Below are positions 52,857 to 64,000 of a stretch of DNA of 64,000 bases, piece after piece. This DNA comes from Bispira polyomma (taxonomy: Eukaryota). The stretch lies in contig OZ287751.1 in assembly GCA_965649765.1 (NCBI GenBank), forward strand, positions 101,990,001 through 102,054,000, given 5' to 3'. The position numbers were made by a program, and so were the translations under genes. Position 1 is the stretch's first letter; the number at the start of each line of letters is the position of its first letter. The notes under the pieces are model-generated. The model did no database searches. It was not told the origin of the DNA and saw only the letters and a program-made list of their open reading frames with translations.

Positions 52857-53947
52857 AAAATGGTCACATAATAGACGTCTAAACACAAAATGGTCACATA
52901 ATAGACGTCTAAACACAAAATGGTCACATAATAGACGTCTAAACACAAAATGGTCACATAATAGACGTCTAAACACAAAATGGTCACATAATAGACGTCT
53001 AAACACAAAATGGTCACATAATAGACGTCTAAACACAAAATGGTCACATAATAGACGTCTAAACACAAAATGGTCACATAATAGACGTCTAAACACAAAA
53101 TGGTCACATAATAGACGTCTAAACACAAAATGGTCACATAATAGACGTCTAAACACAAAATGGTCACATAATAGACGTCTAAACACAAAATGGTCACATA
53201 ATAGACGTCTAAACACAAAATGGTCACATAATAGACGTCTAAACACAAAATGGTCACATAATAGACGTCTAAACACAAAATGGTCACATAATAGACGTCT
53301 AAACACAAAATGGTCACATAATAGACGTCTAAACACAAAATGGTCACATAATAGACGTCTAAACACAAAATGGTCACATAATAGACGTCTAAACACAAAA
53401 TGGTAACATAATAGACGTCTAAACACAAAATGGTAACATAATAGACGTCTAAACACAAAATGGTCACATAATAGACGTCTAAACACAAAATGGTCACATA
53501 ATAGACGTCTAAACACAAAATGGTAACATAATAGACGTCTAAACACAAAATGGTCACATAATAGACGTCTAAACACAAAATGGTCACATAATAGACGTCT
53601 AAACACAAAATGGTCACATAATAGACGTCTAAACACAAAATGGTCACATAATAGACGTCTAAACACAAAATGGTCACATAATAGACGTCTAAACACAAAA
53701 TGGTCACATAATAGACGTCTAAACACAAAATGGTCACATAATAGACGTCTAAACACAAAATGGTCACATAATAGACGTCTAAACACAAAATGGTCACATA
53801 ATAGACGTCTAAACACAAAATGGTCACATAATAGACGTCTAAACACAAAATGGTCACATAATAGACGTCTAAACACAAAATGGTCACATAATAGACGTCT
53901 AAACACAAAATGGTCACATAATAGACGTCTAAACACAAAATGGTCAC
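52857..53947. repeat. Near-perfect 30-bp tandem satellite, about 36 copies
   Basis: TGGTCACATAATAGACGTCTAAACACAAAA repeated. The only variants seen are C>A at 53405, 53435 and 53525. Confidence 0.98.
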
Positions 53948-54147
53948 TGTATTAAGGAACATTTCATATCGGAAAACTAAATTCACCAGCCACGTTGGTT
54001 TAGTGAATAGCTGTCTTGGGAACACAGAGTACTTGGGTTTGATCCCATCCTGGGGCTAGCAGGCAATACATATAGTTGATAAGATGAAAACTTCAAATGG
54101 TCTTACCCCAGTGGCAGGCTAACTAAAAACCTTTGGCTGCATTGAAA

Positions 54148-54242
54148 AATGATCATCCTCAAGTCTCTGTCTTATATCACTGGTATAAATGATCAACACC
54201 AAGTCTCTGTCTTATATCACTGGTATAAATGATCATCCTCAG
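54148..54242. repeat. ~40-bp local tandem duplication
   Basis: aaatgatca..caagtctctgtcttatatcactggtat occurs twice, plus a partial third copy. Confidence 0.8.
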
Positions 54243-55643
54243 AGACTGTTTACTGCACTATACAAGATGAAATGTTATCCAACAAGGTTTTATCTGTAAA
54301 TTGAGGTGCAGTTGATAAATAGTAAGAAGTGCATTTTATCATAAAGGTATTATGTGCTAGTATAGACAAATCCTATTCAAAACTACCTATTCCATAATGT
54401 ACTGGGTTATTACTTCCGTGATGGGCCCAAGTAGGGTATGTCTTCTACACCAGCACGTTATGATATCACTAAAATCTGTCTTCGGAGACACACACACACA
54501 CAGATACACCCATAGACAGACACTGACACATCAACTATCCATATTTTATGATGACGTATGGGTTACGGTGACGTCATAGCTCTGTTGATCTCAGCTGTGA
54601 GTATTCCTAAACCTTTCTTTTAAACCATGTGTCTATTGTGGCGATATTGATGTATACTAAAATTCAACACGAGGACCTTTTGAACTTTTTAAGGTCAATA
54701 CGACTATCAAATTGTGATTTTTCTTTCTTATTTCCGTGTATTTTGATAAGTTTCATAGCAGCATGTTCTCATAATGTTCATATGTTGTAACTGGCCCTAG
54801 GAATGGTCAGATTTGAAGCACCTTTTTCAATTCAGTTGAGTTTTCTGTAATGTGGACGTTGCATATCGATGTGCCAACTTATCAATTTAAAGATATTAGG
54901 TTGGATTGTGATGCACAACAATTTTTAGTTCGATCGTAAAGTCAGTGTCAATGTTTCGTGCACTGTAAGCAAACAGCCTTCAGCAAGTCTACTACCAACA
55001 TGCTCACATATATGCCTCGACAGAGGTTTGAGCCACGACTGTAGAAAGGGGTAATTGAGATGTATTACCACTACACTATACAAGGCCTCTGGTGTGATAG
55101 GGAAATATAAGACCAATCTTTTTTATTACCTAAATTTAACGAGACAAAATTCGGTAACAGTTAGAAATGTGATCAGTTTCGGTTTTTTGACTGATCAAGG
55201 GCCACGCACAGGCTTCCAGAATGTGAAGCTACCAGGATCTGCAGAACTCCCTGAAAATAGCTGATATTTTTTATGTCGCACACCTTCTAACATGATCGTT
55301 AGCTGGTGGTATGACATGTGATATGACGGGTCAAAGATCAAAATTAAGGGGTGTGGATTGATTGATAATATTTATGAACTCATATCTTAATTTATTATGG
55401 TTTACGTTATGTTTCTCTCATATGTATGGTTAATATATTTCTCTTATTCTTTCTTAGAGAAAATAGGCGACTTAGAGGATTAATTATTGTGAAATTAATA
55501 AAGTTAATTTATCATCAGTTTAATGTTTTAAAATAGAATTTTCTATATTTCTAGCCTCACTCTCTATAGGCTTACTTGTTTAATATAGTGATTACCGTTT
55601 TACATGGTAAGTGCTTATTATGTATATGTGTTATCAGCAATCT

Positions 55644-55901
55644 GGGGTCGCGCTGGCCTAGTGGTTAGCAAGCATTGCACTTTACAATTACTGGTCTCTT
55701 ACCTCTGGACGGCATGAGTTTGAATCCTGTCTATGCCTATGTGGGAAAGGTGGTAGTTCCTTACTGTGGGCCGCTGGTTTCAGTGCAGAACCTTGATCAA
55801 GCAGTGTTTCCTCGAGCGTTTCCAACTACCCGTCCAAATATAACCTAAACAGGTACTAGAGTGGACGTTAAATATCCCAATTCAAAAAAAAAAAAATTCT
55901 C
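55644..55901 (+). mobile_element. Full-length tRNA-derived SINE with A tail and 10-bp target-site duplication
   Basis: A-box TGGCCTAGTGG, B-box-like GTTTGAATCC, poly-A at 55884-55896, TSD TCAGCAATCT at 55634-55643 and 55902-55911. Confidence 0.85.
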
Positions 55902-57120
55902 TCAGCAATCTCACCAGACAATCGTCTCTCCACCTTTGAGTTCTTACCTGAACAACTTACACTAACAAGTTGTCAGAACCTGTTGAATGGAATAATCTGC
56001 CTGGTAGTCTTTGTACAGAGACAAGAATTACAGGCGTCATGGAAAAGGTAGCTCAACACACATCTGTATCAACGTACTTTTCCGCCTTAACATTAATCTG
56101 TTGGTTACAACAAACAAACATTTTCCTCCTATCGGACTATTCTTTTGCATACTGACTGGGATGTTCGCCAAAAAGGAGGCCTGCTCAGTGCTATTGAAAT
56201 ACTAACATTAATTAAAATATTGTGACAGTAAGGGCAGTTGGTTGAGGTTTTTTGTACTGTAAACCACCGGTCATCAGTAAGTCTACCATTCCAGCATACA
56301 GGACCGTGTATACAAGCCACAGAGGTGGGAGGGGATTTTTTCCAGACCAAACGAGGACCCTCCATTACTAGAGTATTTAGACCTTATACCTATTTAAAAG
56401 CCTCTGGCATGTTTAGTGACAATTAGGCCCAAGGCTGATGGATTAAGTGAAATATTACACAACAATTATCAAACTATACACAGACTAAAATACACAAAGT
56501 AAAAGGTGAGAGATGGGGATGTGTATATAAAGTGATGTGTTACACACCCAAACACCCCGAGGGGTGGGGCCAGTTCTAGACCCCAAGGACATGGTGGGAG
56601 AAAGGTTTGAGGACAGTGATTTGGGAGGGGGAGGGATGGTATTTACAAATGATTCCTGTTTGAATCTTTCTTATAAGATGTAGTATGGGGGTAAATGATG
56701 GATTGACATCATTACACATGTAACTTGAGGTGTTTACTTATTATAAATAGGTGTCTACCTGGATTGGCATTCACAAACATCTTACCTTAGGCTTAATCTT
56801 AAATCTTACATTTTTAGCCTGCAGATTTTACTCTAAAACAAGTTTAGATTTTTATTTTAGCCCTAGTATAGTAATAAACAGAAACCATAGCTTTAACTGT
56901 GCTCTTGATACACAAATATGCACAAAAGGCACCCTTAAATAGTTAAAGAAGAAATATTTAGGTTTAAGAGTAAACTAAGACTGAGACTCATTTTGTTGAA
57001 CACCTGAAGGATAATTAAAGATAATTGCTGGACATAATGGATGAGATAGATATGTATAGAGAGTTTCAGATAGACACCAGCATGGTTTGTTAGGCTGATC
57101 ATTAGAAACTTCTTTTTCAG

Positions 57121-57352
57121 GGGACCACGGTGGCCTAGTGGGTTAGAAGCACCCACTTCACAATCACTGACCTCTCACCAATGTGGGTTTGAATCCTGTT
57201 TGTTCCTTCATGGGGGAAAGTTTGTGAGGTAGTTGATGTGGAGGTCGGTGATTTACTCAGTGGCTTCAGCATTGGTTTGTTTCACCAGTGAATCTGGCTG
57301 TTATGACAGAACCTAAGGCTGTTAAAATTGGCATAAATCCCGAATAAAGTAA
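57121..57352 (+). mobile_element. tRNA-derived SINE, same family
   Basis: GTGGCCTAGTGG...caatcactgacctctcacca...GGTTTGAATCCTG...aggtcggtg. Degenerate flanking duplication aaacttctttttcag / aaacctcttttaacag. Confidence 0.8.
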
Positions 57353-59175
57353 AAACCTCTTTTAACAGATATGACGTCACACATATTACACATGTTCAGT
57401 TTCTTCTTCCATATTTTCTTGCTGATTTTGTTGTTAAACTCTCTCTGTACCTGGGGTAATCATTATATAATAATCTCATTACATATTGATATTCAAGTGA
57501 TTTTAAAAAGCCTAAAACCTGGCATTTAAAATTCAAAATATGTGTTTGGTATTCCCAAATGGTGTATCTGGAATTTCTATGGCGGTTCTAGGTTTTCGTA
57601 ATGTGTGTACAATGAAAGTCTGGCATTAATGACAGTAGTCACTTCAGTAAAGCAAGCATCTAACGCCACCTAATTCAAAGACCTAATCAAAAATATCATG
57701 AGCAGAAAACTAGATCACAAACTAGAAGATTTACGTTTAATTACACAATGTAAAATACACCTGCCTACATATCTGTGTGTGTGCATATCAAAAGTAAACT
57801 GGTCGACTGGTCTGGTTACCAAAATAATCATGGCTTTGATACAAATGCATATGATTATTCTATATTTATACAAGAGATTACAAGAGCCAGACATGTTTTC
57901 TATGAATAAAATACCTTGAAGGAATTCAGTAATGAGTTCACTTCCCACCAATAGCCTAGCACAAGGCTGCAATTGGTCACCATGCCCTGGGGCCGTATTC
58001 ACAAAGATTCTTATTTCTTAGAATTACTTTTAAAATTTGTAAAAGAATTACTACCCACAAAGTTGCCAATTTTTGTACCATTTCTTAGATTTCTTTAAAC
58101 AAATTAAAAAACAAGAATAAAATTAATTTGAAAATTGTTATTTTAATTAATTGTTATTTTGTTAATTGTTGTTAATTTGAAAATTGTTAAACAAAAATTA
58201 AAATTAATTAATTAAAAATACAAAAAGATTACAAATAAGACATTGTTGTTATCACACTTTCCAAGGTACATAAGCCACCATTTTCACTTTTCAAATTTTA
58301 AGACCCTATGGGGGACGCAGTCCAACTCACACTGGTTCCATCGCATGGACAGGTTTACCAGCTATACTTACCATAGGGTTAGTGTTTTCTAGTACAAGTA
58401 GCACTGGGTTTCCTTTGCCGTTAAATCTGGCTTACAATATGACCAGGCAATATCATTCATAGAACCTAAAAAATTCAAACTCTAAGACTTTGTATAGTGC
58501 AATTTAAACCCTTGTGACAGAAGTAGGTTGACTAGAATAAAATCAACCAAAACTGTAGAAGGAGATCAAACTAGAGTCTTCTGCAAGACTACTAAGAGTA
58601 ACATATAAAGTGCATATAATGGTATTTTATAATTTAACCAGAGACTTAGTAGAAACCTTTCAGCTAAAACTGCTCTTGACAAGTCCTTGCAACTATTTTC
58701 AGTTACCGCATTAACAAGTTGTTACAGCTAATATGTTAATTACTGCAAGTACTACCTTTGTTTTATTATTGAAAAGGTTAAGACACAAAAGTCTTCTGGT
58801 ATTAGGGTGACCTAAAATTACCCCCAAAAAATCGCCTTTGCTGCTAAGAAAGATCACAATACCCCAAAAGTTGATACAACCGACCACATTCAGTTGATTG
58901 GTCAAGAATGTTTCAATGTGTTACATCAACAGTTGATCAGAGAGAATCATGGAGGCCACCATATGAGCCCAGCTCCCACTTCCACAATTTTGATTTTATT
59001 GATGTAATGATGATAACTTCTTTCTGTCAATCGTTACTGCTTTTTGGTTCTGGCTAGTTTTCGCCCTTAGAATATGTTAGAAGAAAAATAAGCGCTAAAA
59101 AGTCTGATATAATAATAATAATGCTGTTTGCCAGAGTTTCAAAAGAGATGAAAATACGTAGCTCGTGTTCAGAGG

Positions 59176-59178
<3 letters not shown>

Positions 59179-59226
<48 letters not shown>

Positions 59227-59241
59227 TGCACACGCATGCAC
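59179..59241. repeat. (CA)n microsatellite running into an N gap
   Basis: Directly visible. Confidence 0.95.
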
Positions 59242-59376
59242 NNNNNNNNNNNNNNNNNNNNNNNNNNNNNNNNNNNNNNNNNNNNNNNNNNNNNNNNNNN
59301 NNNNNNNNNNNNNNNNNNNNNNNNNNNNNNNNNNNNNNNNNNNNNNNNNNNNNNNNNNNNNNNNNNNNNNNNNNNN
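59242..59376. other. N-run
   Basis: Run of n characters. Confidence 0.99.
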
Positions 59377-62300
59377 TGACCATACATTGCCATAACTAGG
59401 GTCGAATTGAACGAAGATCGACCTTGTAGCTCTCCATGTGATGGGCAAATTATACCCACCATTGATTCTGCAGAATATTGATGTGTTTTCAACTCAAACC
59501 ACAAACAACTGTACCGACAATCACCTTTTTAACAATAGTAAAAATAACACACTAGTTGCACAAACAACAAATTTGTAGTCGAGTTAGGGACTAGTTGGGA
59601 ACGCAACTTGCATGCAGCGCATTTGCTATAGTCGAACGTTAATGGAGTACAGCCAGTGCTAATTGCAGATGGCCTGGATCACGCTGCAATCATTATTAAC
59701 CCAAGTCATGACAGTGGGACAGGGCCTTTAGTGTCTAGAGCTGTGTGTATGGTCACATGCCTGACAGAGAATGTCTACAGAAAGCTGACAAATTGTTTCT
59801 AATGTCCCTCTTTATCTGTGTCAGTAATCCGATACCCTGTATAGTACAAAAAGACCTGATATTTACCCTGGTTTGTTTAGACTAGAAATAATGAGGACTG
59901 ATCTGCTATATTAATAACACTGCTAGTTGGTTGGAGGTCTGTTGTGGTCTATTGTTTTGCTGAAATATAGATTACAGAGACTAGAAGGGTTTGACTGTAA
60001 ACTCCCTGTCTAGCCTTCCTGGGGCGTAATGCTGCACATATGTCAAACAACATACTCTTTTTAAATACAACTTTCTTGTGTTCGAAGCTGTCAAACTCAC
60101 TCAACCTCCTTATTTGTTTTCACTGATGAAGTCTAGTAGCCTTACCCAGTGAAACCGCTTGTTTCCTTAACCCCACCAAATAGGAAAATAGCCAGGCACT
60201 GCTTTGCTGTTGCTCTCAATAACATTCAGCAACATCCGACACAGAAATCTGTTGCCTGATACAAATTTAATCACACAAAAGCAAACTCCTTTAATGGTTG
60301 ATGCCCTCTCCTCGTATGAAGAGATGCATGATAAGCATTCACACTGAAAAAATTATGGAAACTGGATCCAAAGGGTTACCGCCCATGTAAAAGTTCAGGA
60401 GATAAAGTCTGTCAATGGATTTAAAGTTGATGGATCTGTATACATTTTTGGCTGCTTGAATGAATAAAAATGGCAACATGTGCTATTTATGGGAGATAAT
60501 CTGCTTAAAAAAGTTGGCTGATGAAGTGACTCCCCATGTGGCAAAACGCACATGGTTTCCCAGCTTCAAAAGATGGCTACATAAGATTGGTGCAGCCACA
60601 AAGAAACCTCATGATCCAGATTTTACTGAAGTTGTGAAAGAGATGTTTTCCCCCACTGAAGAAGTAAATGAAGTAACAGTTAAAATAACATGAAGATACT
60701 ATTACTGAAACATACTTTAGAAATATGGTCTAATAAAACATATACTAAGGTGAAATCATTCTTAATCGTCATTGTCCATATGCCTGGTGCTTATTTTCTG
60801 GTTATTCATGAAAGGATTCCAGTATGTTGCACCTGTTTAAGGTGGTTACCATTTTTACTCCTGGGTAGGGAGACAATGATGTGTGTTATATATTATTTTT
60901 GCCATTGTATACCAAACAAGACCACTGATATTTAGATATTCTAGATCTATTGTCAGCCAAGCTCTGTATTGCTGTCTCAATCACAGTAGAATCTATACAA
61001 TAGGTTACATCCCAATAGAGACCTTATCAACCTCACTTCACCAGCATTTGCCTATATACTGAAAAGCTCCCTTGGGAGTAAAACGTGTACCAAGAAAGGA
61101 TATAGCCCTTTGACATAAAATTTGTCGTAATCAGAAGACAATTGTATGTTCACACGTTTCTTAAGGATGTTATACTCCAATGTCTATGTGTGGCTATAGT
61201 AGGAATGAAACCTTGGACCTTCTCATTATCAACTGCTTAACTATTTAGTCATGGAAGACAACTTCTAGAATTCGACTCAATGTATAACGCCAGTAAATTG
61301 ATCATCATATAATGAACAAAGGTTGTTTTCTGTATATTTAAGAAGCCTTGAGAAGGCTAGGTATCAGATGACAGCAGACAGCGCTCATACTCTGGGTTCT
61401 ATAGACTTATAGTGTACACACTAAATACTGTAACTTCAGCCTTAGTCATTGATACTACCACAACAGTACACTTTGTTATTGGTGGCTGGAATTGTGCATG
61501 CTTTATTTACTCTGGTACAATATACTGTCATAGGTCACAGCTCCATAGAATAGCAATATCAACAACTGTCCCCTCACCCTGTCATATCATGAGAAAGACC
61601 TATGCATGTTTGTGAAGCATTGGATGCGGTAAATTTCTCAAACTGCTGGCACATATGAGCAAGCAAGCTTTGCATTTATGTTCAATAAAATTTTCACAAA
61701 TTGAAACTCTTAGAATACAAGTTTTCATACACACACAAAAGGGGGTTGAAACCTTGATCAGCTACTCAGTAGCTTTCCTCCGATGATGAACTGATATAGC
61801 ATGTACAAAAGGCGAGGTTTAACTAAAAATATATTGAACAAAACTCATACAACAGTTCTTTTAAAATATTACAAGCCCAATAGTTCTAACCTCCTGTCTA
61901 TATGTTCTTTGTATCTATACAGTGCAAAAGTTTATCCTCCAGGCACTTATTGTCAGATAAGGAATTTCATTATTGTAGCATTGGTCATTATTATAGAGGC
62001 AATTGCCCATGGATGTTATTTCATATGAAATGGAGTTTAACCGGGCCGAATTTCCTTGACATATCTTATCCCAAAAAGTTTGAACATCTGCTTAAACAAC
62101 CTGCCGTTTACTGTAACATATTATCATATTTCAGAATTCAAATACTAAAGCTTCAAGATTATTCACTTTCCTGTCTGAGGAAACTAGATTCAGAACCTTA
62201 GTAAATTGATCATTATATTAGTAAGGCATTCACTGTAGTATAAACAAACTTCACTGTACTTTACTTCTGTCATTTTTTACGTTTTGTCTAGTTTGACATA

Positions 62301-64000
62301 TGTAATCTTTTAAACAACATGCAATTCTGTGAGTAAAAATAAAGTTGAAAGGTATACGGTTACAAAATTTAGCAAATAAACTGCCTGCAACAAGTCAATA
62401 AATGGCGTCAAAGGTAACCTATTCCACAAACAATAATTTAAAATTGATTATTGTGACAGTTTTTAATATATATTCTTACATTAATCTACTGTAATAACAA
62501 AATAACAAGTAAATACACTCCAATATGAAAATGTCATTTAAGCCTTTGTTGACACTGCATGTCATTCTCCACATCCGGAGGTTTGGCTGTTCCTAATACG
62601 TCAGACCTTTGTGCAAACAAAGAGCGCCCCACTTAGAGATGCTTTTTACTACCTTAATGTATTGGGGTAGGGTTAGGATGGCATGACACACTCTTTTCAT
62701 ACACAACTTTTCCTTTTCTTTAATCAATTTGGTATGTTACTTCTCACTGCAAATATACACCTCAAAATCACCTTTAACCCCATGTTACCCCATAACACAC
62801 GTAAATGTCAGAAAAAAATAATCAGGTTTGTCTATGGTTGATCAAAGAATTTCCTGCTACCTGTAAAAAGTGTCTGTAAAAGTCTCCATGTATAAAGGAC
62901 ATTCACTTTGTACAATGCCTTAGGGAGTAGCTTGGTTGAACCGATTTCTATTTATTCTAGTTTTAGTGTAAGATTCAACAATTGTGTACATTATAGATTA
63001 CAAAAGGAGTTAATTGCCGGAAAAACTGTACATGGGTAGTTAGTTAAGTAGTTAAGTTTTCTTTTGCATTGTGAACCACCAAACTCAAGTAAGTGTACTG
63101 TTAACTTCACTACATATTGCCACAGATATATGCACTGGTCAAAAATCAAACCCAAACTGTAGCTTGATTATGGTGCTGTTCCACTATCACAAACGGTCAG
63201 GGTGAGGCCTTGATTATAAGATCGTAAGCAATCTTTAGGATTTCCCCATGATTTTTTAAAAAAAGGGCGTGAAAAATGCATCTGTAAGATAAGTCGTACG
63301 ACTGCCCAGACAAGTCATTAGCACGACGATAGATCGGCCTGATTTGTATTCACGATCACATTTTTGGGCTCCCGACTTCCCCAATTGGTAAAGATAATTT
63401 GTTGGAATTTCCCGACCTCCCTGATAAGTCGTCTCACATTACGATTGATAGGTCTGATTAGTCATCAGGACCACATTTTTGGCTCCCAACCTCCCCAATT
63501 GCTAAAGAAAAGTGATTGGAACTTCTTACGATACAAAAGATAGGTTGTGAGGGCGTTACGATCCAGTCCTTGGACACTAAGATTAGTCGGCTGATGGAAT
63601 GGCTGATCCAGATCGAAATTTTGGTAATAACAACGAGAGTTCAAACTTAAATCCAGACAGTTTTAATTCAGAAGTCAAGTGATCAACATGATTCCACAAA
63701 GAACTAGACCTAGTACATCGGAGAACCGATGCATATTTGTATCCAACAGAAAGACAAAGCACCCTAGGTAGCAAGTACCCTAGCTAGCACCCAAGCTAGG
63801 AGCCTATAATTTCCTATAGAGTATTTATGCTAAAGCCTTAAATCGCACAAGAGGGTTTCACATTGCAAACATGTGGGACCAATAAGTGTGAGATAGGCAC
63901 TTTAAAGTTTGGCCTACCCATTTGACCTTGCATGAGGGATCCAAGGTCAAATCTGACCACAGCAAAAGATTTGCAGCCCATGATTTCCTATAGGTTGGTT

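Noticed and set aside
52857-53947. CRISPR-like array
   Set aside because: Units are head-to-tail with no unique spacers, there are no cas genes, and the context is a spliced eukaryotic gene. The same applies to the 20.5, 30.2 and 48.6 kb arrays.
52799-54025. 408-aa and 361-aa ORFs with repeating VTILCLDVYY / FRRLLCDHFV
   Set aside because: They result from a 30-bp unit (a multiple of 3) that lacks stops in two frames. There are no synonymous variants or gene context, and one ORF runs into a SINE.
59900-62250. Possible decayed gene or transposon in the upstream region
   Set aside because: Only short ORFs with no motif I can recognise. A translated search would be needed.
41000-64000. A second, linked Wnt paralogue such as Wnt7
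   Set aside because: No further Wnt-like exon was seen on either strand in this window.

Overview
This is AT-rich animal genomic DNA from an invertebrate bilaterian; a mollusc or other lophotrochozoan is plausible but is only an inference. It carries one protein-coding gene, a complete Wnt5 on the minus strand. I reconstruct it as join(39660..39560, 32332..32076, 17129..16837, 3879..3418): 1113 nt, 370 aa plus stop, all introns GT-AG and phase-compatible. The signal-peptide first exon is absent from the ORF track. The rest is large introns and about 24 kb of upstream DNA with no recognisable gene, containing L2/CR1-type LINE fragments, tRNA-derived SINEs, small MITEs, several minisatellites and four N-runs. 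Four things stand out. (1) Both ends of coding exon 2 are locally duplicated, giving decoy or poison splice sites. (2) The motif AAWTGTCGTCTGCTCA recurs about 8 times across the transcription unit. (3) A ~270-bp inverted repeat pair brackets coding exon 3. (4) Two tandem arrays arose from SINE parts or at a SINE insertion site. There is no CRISPR, rRNA or credible tRNA, and the long repetitive ORFs at 52.8-54.0 kb are satellite artefacts.
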